NCBI GenBank assembly: GCA_020891255.1
Contig: BQFW01000015.1
Location: 1,860,001-1,924,000 of the forward strand
DNA length: 64,000 nt
From: Entomortierella parvispora E1425
Taxonomy: Eukaryota; Fungi; Mortierellomycota
Direction of reading: 5' to 3'
A program made the translations under genes and the position numbers. The notes below the pieces were generated by a model, which searched no databases, had not been told where the DNA came from, and worked only from the letters and a program-made list of their open reading frames with translations. Of the stretch, positions 35,362-48,351 are shown piece by piece. Position 1 is the stretch's first letter; the number at the start of each line of letters is the position of its first letter.

Positions 35362-38300
35362 AAACTTACAATTTCTCGACCTTTCGCAGCCCGTCAATCT
35401 GCATCAATTGATCGGGATCATCTCCTGCGCGCCTGGAGGATCGACTCTTTCCTTTGCTACGGCTAGATGAGGATGATTTTGGCATAGCCACTTCTGAACC
35501 CTCAAAGATTCCTCCCGTCTCTGTGCCAACCGCATCCTCACTTTCCAGCGTAAACAAATCGGCCATATCATGACTCTTGAAGAACCGCCTTTGCTTTGGA
35601 TCTTTCAAGATCTTGTTGGTCAAGAATTGCTTGAAAATCTGTCGATGGTAAATCTTTTCCTCAATCGTGCCTGAAGTCATGAGTCGATAGATCGTCACCG
35701 CTCTTGTCTGTCCTAACCGCCAAGCGCGCTCTCGAGCCTGGACGTCTGTCGAGGGGTTCCAGTCTGGATCAAAGATAATGACGCGATCTGCTCCAGTGAG
35801 GTTCACACCCAACCCACCGACCTTGGTCGTCAATAAGAACACATAGATGTCCTCTCTGGCATTGAATTCGTCTACGAGACCCATTCGGTTCTGGATCGGC
35901 GTCGTACCATCCATACGACGATAGGTATACCCTTCCGACTTGATGAACTTTTCAAGGATATCGAGCATGGTTCTTGTCTGAGAGAAGAGTAAAATTCGAT
36001 GCTTTTCCTTTCGCCACATCTCCAGTAGAGCCTTCACCACCACCATCTTTCCGCTCTTGGTATAGTCTCCATAGTCTTCGTCATGTTGGTGCAACTCTCG
36101 ACCCAGGATATCAGCATGGTTACAGATCTTGCGCACCACATCGATTCCAAAGAGGGCATGCCTCTTTCCGTCCATGATCGACGTGAGCTCGTTGGATCGC
36201 AAAAAGTCTTCGTAAGCGGCCCTTTGAGGAGGAGTGAGTTTGCAAAACAAGACTTGCTCTGATTTCTTGGGCATATCCGACGCCACATCAACCTTCATCC
36301 TCCGAAGCAGGTATGGGTTGATCAAATCTCGAAGGACCACCGCACATTTGTATGCGGTCTGGACCTGGATATTGCTTGCGTTCGCATAGCCTCCCAAGTT
36401 GATCGGGATCGCAAACTGAGACTGGAAAACTGGCAATGTGCCCAAGCGTCCTGGGAACACAAAGTCAAAGAGGGACCACAGCTCATTGAGATTGTTCTGG
36501 ATCGGCGTTCCAGAGAGAATGATCCTGTGTGGGGTCCTGAACTGTTTGCAAGTCAGGGTGATGTCTGCGTCTGGGTTACGAATTTTGTGGCCCTCGTCCA
36601 AGACAATATAAGACCACTCTTTGCGGAGGAGACGCGAAGCATGAATCCGAAGGCCGGCGTAGGTCGTCACGAGCACGTGTCCCTTGGCACTGATCCTGTC
36701 CACGATGGTATCTGCCACAGTTCGCTCCTCGATCTCGTCCTCTTGACCTCGACCTCGACCTCGACGAGGTTTACCTCCTCCGAAGCGCTTTTTGGTTTTT
36801 TTCTTCTTGGGTCCGGTACCATACTCGTCTGAAAATTCATCGTCTTCTCCATCTTCTCCGTCGACTTTGCCAGTCATCCCTGATCCGCTGGAATGCAAAA
36901 TTGCAACACGCATCGGGGGCCACCAGCGGTGAAACTCTTTAACCCACTGCTTCAAAAGCGTTGCTGGACAAACCACAATCACTGGCGCATCCAGCTTTCC
37001 ACTGTACAAAAGTCCTGCCAGGAACGAGATGATCTGGATAGTTTTTCCAAGGCCCTACAGAGTTATCAAATCATAGGATGGATGAGAGCACTATTAGTCT
37101 ACTTTTTTTTGTCCACCTGGCCATGCTGTTAAATATTTTAGAGGCGTCATGACCTTACCATTTCGTCACCAATGATTCCTCCTGCACCTTGACAATGCAA
37201 CTCCCAGAGCCATTGAGCACAGGTCTTTTGATAGTCGAATAGATTCGAATATATGTCTCCAGGGATGCGAAAGCCGCCTTCTAGCTCGGCATCGGGTATG
37301 CTTGGGTGCGAGTTGTTCATTTCCAGACTGGGGTCCAGCCTTTGTTCGGGGTTATCCCATCCTTCAGACAAATCGGTCTCCATGGAAGCATCCGGCTAAT
37401 GAATGCGTGATAAATAGCATGGTCAGAAACAAAGAAGCCATTTCGCCACACTTTGACAAGTACATCTGTAGTCCTCACTCTTTGACTTACATGATGGACA
37501 CGCCAACGCAAATGCCTCCGCTTCTGGGCCCAGTCTGCGAGTCTCTTTTGATAATGCATCTCATCGCCATCATCCTCGCAAAGAAATTTGTACGCTGCGC
37601 CTCCTTTGGATCGTTTCTTGGAGGACGTTTCAACCGCAAGATCATCATCTGGCTTAAAGTCATCGTCCTCTGAGAGAACCTGTAGGTCTGTGTAATCCTG
37701 ATCGTCCTGCTCCTCTTTGGCCTCTAATTCGCTATCAGCCGCCGCCTCCGGATCCACAAAATCAGAGTCCATGTCATCAGTATCATCGATACTGGACTCT
37801 TCCTCTTCTGCATCCATATCTGCCCCTGATGCAATTCGACTCTTGGCCTTCTTCATGCTTGTACGTTCTGAAGGCGTCGGATACGGGGTCGGTGGACGAT
37901 ATGGACGAAGCGGAGTGCTGATCTCTTCTTCCTTCTTGATACTTGTTCGTTCTGAAGGCATAGGAAACGGAGTTGGTGGACGATGTGGCCGAGGCGGAAC
38001 GCTGGCCTCTTGTTCCTTCTTGATGGATTTGCCGATTAGACTCCAAGAGGGCCTTTTCAGGTTGACGTGAGACATGGCTTCAGTATCTTGAACAAAGGCA
38101 TTGGCGCTGGTGCTGGTACTCCCGTCATCCGACTGCCGCGTCCTCTCGAATCCTGACATGGAGGCGAAAGGTGTGATCTTTCCTGTCCTGATAAGATATT
38201 CTCTCTGAGTCTCGTCTGCCTCCTTTTGGCTTGTACTCGAGGAGGAGGAGGGTACTATGCGCACAAAGTGTTTGTAAGGAAGATATTCAACAAATCTGAA

Positions 38301-39085
38301 AAACATCATCGCACAAGGTGTGGTAATTTACTTGGCAAAGGCTTTCCGGACTTTCGCATCCGGATCCTTTCTGAGATGTCCTGTTCATCCCTCTGCACTT
38401 GCACAAGCTCTTCTGTCTATGGAGCAAAAATAAAAGAGATTACTTAGATTTTCATCTCCTGATGACCTTAAAAAAAGACAACCTCTGGGGTCAACCTATT
38501 TCAAACATTTTACCAGCTCGTTTAACCTCTCCTCGAGATTTGCCATGGCAAATGATCCGCGATCCAGTTTCCGGCGATTGCCTTCCAATTTCCTGATTTC
38601 AAGTTGCAATTTGCTAGATGAAGAAAAGAAAGGATAAAAAAAAAATAAAAAAATCAGGGCCATGGCGAGATTTGCGGATCAAACTCTTCTGAAAAAACAA
38701 AGTAACGCAGCCCTTCTTACTTTGCTTGTCGAAGGGCCTTTTCCATCCTTTTTTTGTCCATCTCGTTTTCTTTGGCATCCATGGCCTTGCTCGCCTAGGA
38801 GTAATGGGATTGCAGTTTGCGTCGAGTGAGTGGCTGGAACAAAAGTGACCGCACAATGACCAGCGAGAGGGCAGAAACGCCTCCCTGCGCTTCTCTTACC
38901 TTGGCGATGATGTCCCGCTCTAGTGCGTCCTGGTCGACCATCCCGACGCCAAGCAGGGTATCGAGACTGTCGGCAACGACTGCATCCTGGTCGAAGGTGT
39001 CTGCATTGTGGGTGGTGGAGGTGGGCCCATGAGCATGGGCATTGATGGAAGAAGAGTCGTCGCTGTGGTGGTGACTATCGGCCAT
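34200..39085 (-). CDS. RAD26: Transcription-coupled repair SNF2 ATPase Rad26/CSB (ERCC6) (multi-exon)
   Basis: [33 protein letters not shown]; [11 protein letters not shown]; [18 protein letters not shown]; PYLLRRMK; [11 protein letters not shown]; [25 protein letters not shown]; C-terminal winged helix FKKMLKGIA...WKLKPEY. Confidence 0.95.
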
Positions 39086-39699
39086 AGCTGCAAGTGTGGC
39101 ACAGTGTAGTTGTGATGAAGAGATTGACGAAAGGCAAGTAAAGACGACAGGGAATAGGGCAGTGAGAAAGAGCGAAAGAGAAGGAGAAAGAGGAGGGTGG
39201 AACAAAGAGAAAGAGAGAATGCAAGTGTGCAATGCCACCATGCAGAAGGAGCCTTCTTTTTTAGGTGTCCTTTGCCACCAAAATGAAAAATGACCTGCAC
39301 ACTCACTTGCAGCGCAAGAAAGCAGAGCAGTGACTGTCCCTTGCATGCTCTGATTCGTCTTGGTCCGTTGCTGCTGTTGCATGCCATTAATGCCCACAGC
39401 TTTTTTCTTGCCGTCTTCCTTCTTTTCTTCTTCTTCTTCTCCTACCTCTTCTATATTCTCCTCCGGAATGGCCCCCTTGCCCTCCACTTTCTCTTTATCT
39501 GTCTCTTTCTCTGTCTCTGTCTCAATCTCTCTGCATCCCGCCTCCTTCGCCCTCCCATCGTCATTCTCCCAATAGTGCGCTCATTCCCCTCCCTCTTGCT
39601 TTCCTTCTTTCTCACATTCACCTGATCGCGCGTGGACAAAACCTTCTGTCCCATACGTCCTCCTCTACTTGTCCGCCTCCCACCAACACTATCTTTACC

Positions 39700-42078
39700 A
39701 TGCACTTCAACCCCCAGGACAGCACCATCACTAATGGAGGATTGGCCTCTGGGCACTCCTCGCCACAGCAACAACAGCCGCTCGCCCAGTTCCCACAGCT
39801 CTCCCTTTCCCAATCATCGCCCCTCCTTGCTCAACAACTGGACGACCCTCCACGGTCAACACCGCCTCCGCTCGTGTCTTCTGCCTCCTTCCCATCTCTT
39901 CCACCCCTTCCCCCCGCGCAAACATCAACTCCGGAGCAGGTCGCGACAACCGAGACCCACTCGATCCACCTGCCTTATCAAGACTCCGCTTCCGCCTCCT
40001 CCTCCTCCTCCACTTCAGGCCCACAGTCGCGCCCAGAACCTCGCCAACGGGGGCCACCTCTCCACCCCTTGCGACCGAACCTCTCCTCACGCAGCCGCAC
40101 CGCCGGTCCTGCCTCTGCCTCACCCTCAACCTGGTCCATTGCCTCTTCAGACACTGGTCCATCCTCTGCCTCCTCTGTAGTCGAAAGCAGAATTCGGTTT
40201 GAACGACTCCCAAATGGACAACATCGCCACAATTTGTGCGCCCCAAAGAGACAGCAATTCTTGTCAAATCAAGTGCGACGTCTACGCGAATTGCTGGATG
40301 GAAAGAAGGAAAGAGAAGACCCGCAACAACATTCGAACAACTCTTCTCAGAGCCACCTTCCCCAGATGTACCCACATCCACTCTCGCTGTTAAATGAAAA
40401 ATACCAGGACCTTGAAAACAATGAGCAACATAGTCCCTCGGGAGGCGTCCGAAGGAGAAACTCTCTCCGGACAGACTTTGTTCAAAAGTATGGTGAATTG
40501 CAGCAGGTCGTTGGCAAAGGTAAGGCTGGTTTAAAGAGCTATTGTTTGCACTGAATTCCGCATTCCCATTCAACGGGTCTGAAATGATCACAACAGGGAT
40601 GATCAGGAAAAAAAGAACAGAATGAATCGATCGAATCCCTCCGTGATAACCGCTCTAACGGTCCTCCTTATCCTGTTCTTCCCTTTCTCTCTCTCTCTCT
40701 CTCTTCCTTCCTTTCATTTTTAGGCGCCTTCGGGACAGTACGTCTCTCTATCAAGAGGAACCCAGAAACCGGCGAGGAGCACGTTTTCGCAATCAAGGTA
40801 CCACGTCGGAATCGCGCCACAGTCGCAGGAGAGAGCGTCGATTCCTGCTCGCCTTTAGTCTAACCCGTATAAGGACAATTGCTTGCCTTCCCCTTGTTCT
40901 TCCTTTCTTTTGGATGATTGAATAGGAATTCAAATACGCATATGGAGAAACGCAAAAACAGTACATGCGCCGGTTGACCAGCGAATTTTGTATTGCCTCG
41001 TCCCTGCGACATACCAACATCATTCTTACCATGGATCTATTACAACTTCAGGGCGAAACCTACAGTGAGGTGATGGAGTATTGCTCCGGAGGTGATATGC
41101 ACAGCCTGATTGCCAGTGCCAACTCTTTGGGCGAATCCGAATCGAATTGTTTCTTTGCTCAACTGGTGAACGGAGTGGCGTTCCTGCATGCGATGGGGGT
41201 GGTCCATCGTGATCTAAAGCCCGAAAACTTGCTCTTGTCCGCGGATGGATGTCTCAAGATTGCCGATTTCGGAAACAGCGAGGTCTTTCGGATGCCCTGG
41301 GAGAAAAAGGTACGGTCTTCGGCCTCTATCCGGGGGAGCGGACCGTTTATTGCTCCTGAAGAGTTTACGGAAAAAACCTTTGATGCCCGGTAAGAGCCAC
41401 TTTTTTGTTTTGTTTTTTTTTCAAACTTCGACTGCCCAAAAAAGTAAAAACCAAACAAGGTCATGTACATGGTCGCACAAATTGAGGCATTTCTTTTTCT
41501 TTTTTTTTCTTTTTTTTTTTTTTCCTTTGTTCTCCACCATCGGCATCTCCAGGAAGGTTGATATGTGGTCATGTGGGATCATCTACATGTGCATGAGGCT
41601 TGGACGGTATACATGGCACGAAGCTTCAGACGGTGATCCGATCTGGGATAGATTCCTGTACAAAAGAGCTCGGTACTTGGAAATGGAAGAAGGATATCAG
41701 GAGGAACCCCCTGTTCCCGACCACATCAACCTGACTTCATTAGAACAGGCCTCGCACACCAGTCTGGGCTGGCCCTCTTATATTTCAGATGTGATTGAAC
41801 ATCTTTTGGAACCCGACACGAGGAAGCGTTGGCAGGCCAACAAGGTTCTGGACAGCAAGTGGTTCCAGCAAGTAGACAATTGCCACCCCTCGGAACGCCA
41901 ACCTGAGCAGGTTCTGGACGAGAGTGACTTTGAGGTGGTGGCGGCCCCGAGTCAACAAGTGGGGTCCAAGGTAGTCCGCCAGGATGCGTCTGTGACTGGG
42001 TGTAAGATTGCAAAAGAGGTACGAGATAGACGCGCGACAGGGGAGGACGGGAACACTGTCGTCGCAGCTGCATCTTGA
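39700..42078 (+). CDS. Fungal HAL-family (Hal4/Sat4-like) Ser/Thr protein kinase (multi-exon)
   Basis: Low-complexity N-terminus; RFERLPNGQHRHNL; GKGAFGTV, FAIK, RRLTSEFCIASSLRHTNII, HRDLKPEN, KIADFG, GPFIAPEEF, DMWSCGII. Confidence 0.88.
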
Positions 42079-43524
42079 TTAGAACAATAATAAGCCCTAT
42101 AGAGAAAGCATCCTGTCTAGCCTTCTGTGGCTGGGACGCGTGCTTCCGTGTTCAAACCAATAAACAACCCCCTCACACACACTTATATGGTTTTTCATAT
42201 CAAAGGTTTCTCACAAGTATGTAAAAGACAGATCAGCTCGCCAGGAGGAAAACACCAATCGGTGGAAGGGATGTAGTCTGTTCAAACTAACCTGGATGCC
42301 CTCACTTTCATCCCACCCTGGCTTCATGACCTCTCCGGTCAACCTTCCGATCGGAGAAAATCCGGTGGTCACACTCCAAAAGTTGGAAAAGTAAAGTATC
42401 GGCACAAGACCCAGGTTGAGTCAGGATTTGGAGTCGCTCCTATCCATGTTCGGTGGCCATGGTATTTGGGGATGCTGAAGAAGAGATGAAGCTCAAGATC
42501 CACGAGCATGAGTCGGCTCCTGAAGAGAGCTCTGATGTTGGGGAGAAGGGTCCACCAGTGGTCACCAAGGAGATAGGCCGGCTCTTGGTACCCCATCCCC
42601 ATCACATATATCAGGCGCCTCAAGGAAGTCCTGAGGAACTCGATTTTCTGACAAGCAGTATGATGAAGACATGGAAGACGTTGGAATCTCTCGTCCATGA
42701 TTAAGATCCATAATACCAAGGGAACCTGTGATCCCCCCCCCCCCCCTTTTTTTTTGTCTGCTCTCTCTCTATCTGCCTCTTTTGGTTCAGCATCCATAGT
42801 CAAGAGATTCGTGAGTCAGCAATGCATGACATGTGGGAAAAAAGAGAAAGATGGTTCAAAGTTGGACTCTGGGTAAGTTTTTATTTCATATCTTAGAACT
42901 CGCTGCTGTATTGTGCCGATAGAATCAAATGTGCGGCAACGGCCGGAACAGGAGACCGCTGTCTGCATCCAGAAGTTCAGAAGGATGACAGATGTGATGG
43001 CTCGTGAACAATATCTTGGAATCTTGGAGGATGCAAGCTGTGCCTGAGTTTCAAGGCTATCGTTATAGACACAAGATTGGACGGTGACGACGAGGGGACG
43101 AGACAAGGAGTAATTCAGTTACCCATCAATGTACCTGTGGTCTCTCGGTTTCTGCTTTGGTAGCTCACTAGAGCCTTGCTTCGGGGCATGATCTTCTCGG
43201 ATTCTGCTGTGGTGCGTGGTCTGTTCGTACGCTTCTTCGGTGCGCGCCGTGGTCTGCTTGCATGCCATAATCTTGGTGACGCCAATAGATCCGCTGAGAG
43301 CAGAAGGAAGACCCACCCGCCATCCCTAACCTCCTCCGCCCTAGCCAAACTGCTCTTGCATTGTCATGGCCACCAGATCAAGATGACCTGGCAGGCGCCC
43401 AGTGTACCTATCCAAAAGGATTCAGATGGTGAGTAATCCATAATATCCAGCCAGTCGTCAACAATCATTTACAAGTGCTTGAGTCAATGTGGCTCTAACT
43501 CCACTCAATCCCAACAATCATAGA

Positions 43525-44672
43525 TAAAGACCACGTTTCACTTCCCGTTGCCAGGATCGACGTAGCATCTGCTGAAAGAGGTCTACAGGAGCTCCACCTT
43601 CTTCCTGTCCCAGACAAAAAGAAACAGATGCAGAACCACAGCTCGTAGCCCGTCCTTCGAAATCAGCAACAAAAAACAAAAGGGATGACAAAGAGGTTGC
43701 TGGTTTTCTAGACCACACACTTCCTATCCCCGATGGAAGGGCGCTTCACGATCTAGGGGGGTAAAGACCACGTTTCACTTCCCAAACTCCCAAGCGGAAA
43801 GACGTGAATCTTCAAGGTTACCTTGATAGAACAAAGAGCTCAAAGCAGGTCTGAACTACCAAGGATTTGAAAAAAGTACGGTCCACGGCTCTGTTGAGGA
43901 GCTTGGTGGACTCGAGGGAGTGAAAAGACCATATATACGCTTCGGTTTCTGGAACGGTAATCCAGTGCCAGAAAAGGGCTGCTAGTATATGGCTGTACGG
44001 TACGACGCTTCGATTTCCGTTGCCGGCAAAGGGCTGCTGCACCGTACGGGGTTAGCCACGCTCATGATAGACGAACGAAGGACTAAAATGGTATTGCCAG
44101 GCTTTGCTCCCCGTTGCCAGGGAACGACGGCTCGGCTCGACCAACGAGACGACCTGACTTTTGACGGAAAGGGTTGCTTGTTGGTCCTGGATTGCACCAA
44201 ATAGAGAACACCTTCAACCCGAAGGGAGGGTACTCTGCTATCACCAGCATTTCTCGCGGTGAGTGCCAAGACCCAAGGGTGGTTCCATGTTGAAGGATTC
44301 GCCTTGGGTCCCTTTCCCGCTTGCTATTAACACCCAAGGTACGTCCCCAAACGTCTTTAAACGAATGACAACCGCAAAGGGGGAGAACCATCAGCGTCGC
44401 AAAGGACACCGGCGGCTGTGTGCCCGACACGATGCCATTACCCGGAGGCAAAGGTGTTGACGAACACACGGGGTTGATAGCCATAGTCATGATAGATGAA
44501 CCCATGGACTATAATGGGATAAAAAGGTTCGCCATGCTTTGTTTCCCCGTTGCCAGGAATACGACAGCACAGCTCGCAAGCCTCCAGTCCACCTTCCGGA
44601 TTCCGTCGCCAGAAAACGGCAGTTGGGCCATAAGTTGCAAATCACGCTTCCATCTCCCGTTGCCAGGATAAG
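43525..44672. repeat. Degenerate dispersed/tandem repeat family with CCGT(T/C)GCC(A/G)G core
   Basis: Core GT(T/C)GCC at 43547, 44019, 44113, 44549, 44605 and 44659. A 22-bp exact direct repeat taaagaccacgtttcacttccc lies at 43525 and 43762. Diverged ~130-150 bp blocks at ~44011-44140 and ~44430-44577. Confidence 0.75.
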
Positions 44673-45595
44673 AAACACGAAAAGCTCCCTTGAACCTCTC
44701 TCAGCAGACATAGGTCCGAAGGAGAGATCATAGAAAGAAAAGAGGTGGAAGAGTAAAAAGGGGGGACAACCACAGTAACTTAACTTGTTTAACGGCCAAC
44801 AGCGAAAAAAGCGGCGCTGCGCAACGGAGCCAGCCGATGCGATGGGGTCTGCATAGTGCTCAAGATGAAGTGAAAGAACAGCAGAGACTTGTGAGAAACA
44901 CAAAGGTCGACCAGCTTACAGCCACAAAGAGGTAACACAGGGGGCAATAACTGAGCCGCCACAACTTACCAAAAGAACCACTGCAAGCGCGCCATGCTTG
45001 TCAAAGGTAGATGCACTGGGCCAGGTCTGAAGCTACCGCTATGTGGAAGAAAAGAAAGTTGAAAGAAACAGAGAAATCAGCAATTTGAAGTGAATGGCGC
45101 AGTCGACATGACTTGACATGTGTGGGAAAAGGTGGAAATGAAGGGTGGTCATGAAAGCAAGAGAATCACAAGAAAGGAATGGAGGGGTGATGGCAGAGCA
45201 ATAAAACATACAAAAGGAAACGTCAACGAGAGGCAAAGTAGGGGTGATGGACGTTCAAAGAAAGGCACTTACCAGCCATGCTATCATCAGAAGTGAAGAC
45301 AAAAAAAAGGAAGAGGGGAGAGTGCTGAAAAAAGCGACGAACGAAATGCATATATTTATGGATTTCATATATGGGCCCCTTAAAAAGCGGCCAATCCTCC
45401 TCTGCTTCGATGCCACCACCCGCAGCTGGATGGTTTTGTAGTAAGTGCTAAGGAGAAGGAGACACCCCTGAACAAGTGCCAAGGACCTGGGCCATCGATC
45501 GTGGATGAGAGGAACGGGTGGAGTTGCAGTTAAGAGGGATGAGGGGTAATATCACAAAGTAGATAGAAAATCATTGAAAGAGTCCTTCATAGCAC

Positions 45596-45596
<1 letters not shown>

Positions 45597-45684
<88 letters not shown>
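45597..45684. repeat. (CTGT)22 microsatellite
   Basis: 88 bp perfect tetranucleotide run. Confidence 0.95.
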
Positions 45685-47685
45685 GCCAAAAGGCACTCTC
45701 CGCTGTTTGCATGTGTCTGTCAGCATGAAAAACAACTGAGACCTCTTTTTCCTTGACCGCGTCATTGTTGACATGGTGCTGTTCTCCACGCACAAAAACG
45801 AGGACGCTGCTGATTCGCATGAGCCATGGTGGAATGCAACCCTCGCCATTGATTCTCCATTCTGGCGCGGTCATGCAGCCATTCGCCGCTCATCGCTCCG
45901 ACGCCCCGTCGCCGAGCACTTTAGAGACAGAGCTGACGGGTACATGGATGCCACATCTTTCTGGCTCGCCCCTCAAGCCCAGAGTGCGCCCAGACATTTG
46001 CATGGCGAGAAAGACCCGATGGACACAGCTCCACTTCTTGTGCAAGGGCTGCTTTTTATCTGCTTCGCTTTTCTCTCTTCCCTCACCCTCTTCCTTCACC
46101 CTCCTCCTTCACTTCATCACTCCTCGACTCCACATTGACATTCACATTGACATTCACTTCACCATTCCATGACCCTGACCCCAAGCAAAGTTGCTCCACA
46201 ACCCACCACTCGTGTGCAACACTGACGCGAGAGCACAGCTCGCGTGTGTTTTAAGGTATTTTGAAATCCAGCCAAACAAACAAGGGTGCGCCCATGGCTC
46301 ATCATTTCCACTCGCATTTCCACTCGCTGACACCCTCTGCAGGCCCACCTTCTCCATACAACTTTGTAGCACCGCCGCCCATTCAGTGCTGGAAAAAGTA
46401 CCCTACCTGCTACAGGCACAAGCACCCGAGCCTTCGTTTCTGCGTCTCAAGAATAAAAGGATGACTGTCAACGCCCGACAACAAGAGTCACTCTCTCGAC
46501 TACACCAGTCCTTTGAAGCCCTTGTCCAAGATCCAAACTCTACCCTATACCTTCCACATCCTAGGCAAAGAAGAGTGCGCACAAAGCCAGATGTGGTGTG
46601 AGGATCGAAAGACTCTACGAGTCCTTCATCTTGTCCTCCTCTGCAAACTGGTGTGTCCTTTTAGCTATTTTGATGGGTTGGATTTGCGTATGAGGGATGA
46701 TCTCGGCCTTTGGTGAGGTACTTGTCCCAGAGACGTTTCTTTTTTTTTTGTTGCTTGCCGTTATCAGCTCAGTTCTTCTTTCTGCCGCCCATCGAGGCTA
46801 CTTCCGGTGCTGTGCCGAGCTCCGGTTACTTCCAGGCCCCGCTCTTGTCTATGAACAATACCCACGTGTTTATGAATGGATCATGGATGCCGTCCTTCTC
46901 TTCCTGACCCACATCCGCGTGGAAATTCGATGCTTACAAAGCGCCTTATTCTACCTGGCCAGTTGCCTGAGGACATGTACAAGGTAATGGCAGCGGATAA
47001 AACCGCTTTAATGACAAGGCGTCTATTGTCGCCTACGTGAATTTTCGATGAGGGGTTGGGAGCTGATTTTTAGAAGAGGGGAATAGGGGAAGTGTTGGTA
47101 ATGATGAGGGTTGAGGCTTAGGTGGAAGTCGTAGCGGTGAATATGAATGTGAAGGTGAAGGTAGAGGTGATGAAGGAGGTAGAGGCGAAGGAGGAGAATC
47201 ACCCTGAGAATCATCTCTGCGGCTGTCATCGTTACGGAAGACGAGGGAGCCCCTGCCCTGGAGCAGGATAATAGCCCAAAGAGGTCAACCGTGTCTTGAC
47301 AGCGCCCTCTGACCATTGCACAGTCTTATGTCCACATAGGGACTGCCCGCAACACAAGATCCATATCTGATTGACCAGCACGGGACTAGCAATGCCCATC
47401 TTGATCCGATACTCGAACTCGATCAATGGCACCATCCAGGATGTCAAGGGCAAGAACAACTGCAATTTGTCAAGGAGTTACCTTGAAATAAAGAAGAAAA
47501 AAAAACTCCATTCCCGTCTTCTTGTCTTTGTCATGGTCTAGCGTGTCTGTTATGACAGTTTGTGTTACCATGAGATTTTGTAGCTGAGTTCTGCGACGGC
47601 TGCCGAGCAGGGCAACAAGCCCAAAGGACGCGGAAAGACAGAGAAATATGGTTGGTGGGCATCACAGAATTTATTGGGATTCTTT

Positions 47686-48096
47686 TTAGTCTGAAGAATT
47701 GGTATCTTTGTTGGTTTTTTTCTTGCCCATCAAATCTTCTATTCTAGATTCCATGGTGGCCTTTGTCTTCAATGCTCGCTCCTTCTCGTGTTTCTCTCTC
47801 TCTCTCTCAACCTCTCCCTCCAGGCCTTGGCTATCCTTCTCTGCCTTGAGCATGGTCGACTCGAGATCTCGACATGCCTAGTGCAATTCTTGGCTAAGAT
47901 GATCGCGCCCGCTCGAAATAGTGTCTCGATCGGCCAGAGACACCTTCAGCTTCTCCTCTGTCTCTGCCAGAGCTGCCTCGAAGCGATGGATTTTGCCTTG
48001 GTGCATGGTTTGCTCGACCTTGAGGGCTTGGAGTTGATGATCCTGCGTGTTAACCATGCCACGGAGCTCGTTCACTTATCCAGACGCGCTTTCCAT
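47686..48096 (-). pseudogene. Coiled-coil protein pseudogene or pseudo-exon with two in-frame nonsense codons
   Basis: A single frame reads MESASG*VNELRG...SQELH*ACRDLESTMLKAEK...MESRIEDLMGKKK...* (137 codons). Internal TAA at 48076-48078 and TAG at 47878-47880; heptad-like K/E/L composition throughout. Confidence 0.6.
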
Positions 48097-48351
48097 GCTC
48101 GTTCAGCTGACGACTGAATAAATGGAATGTTTAATGGGATCGTTCAACTCTCTACAGAAGGCATTGTCTACCCATTTCATCTCTTGAGTATGTTGAATGC
48201 TGCATTATATCAGAAAAAGCCAAAGAAACAGGACATTGTCCAGACGTACGATTCACAAACCAACTGACGGGCTTTTTTTATTATGAATATCGCTTTAGTA
48301 TAAGAGGGTGGGGGGTTATGGACCAACAACGCCTCTAATTCTTTTTCCTGT

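Noticed and set aside
43525-44672. CRISPR-like array
   Set aside because: Eukaryotic context, degenerate units, irregular spacing and no cas genes.
47686-48096. Stop-codon reassignment or readthrough explaining the in-frame TAA/TAG
   Set aside because: Neighboring conserved genes terminate normally at TAA, TAG and TGA.
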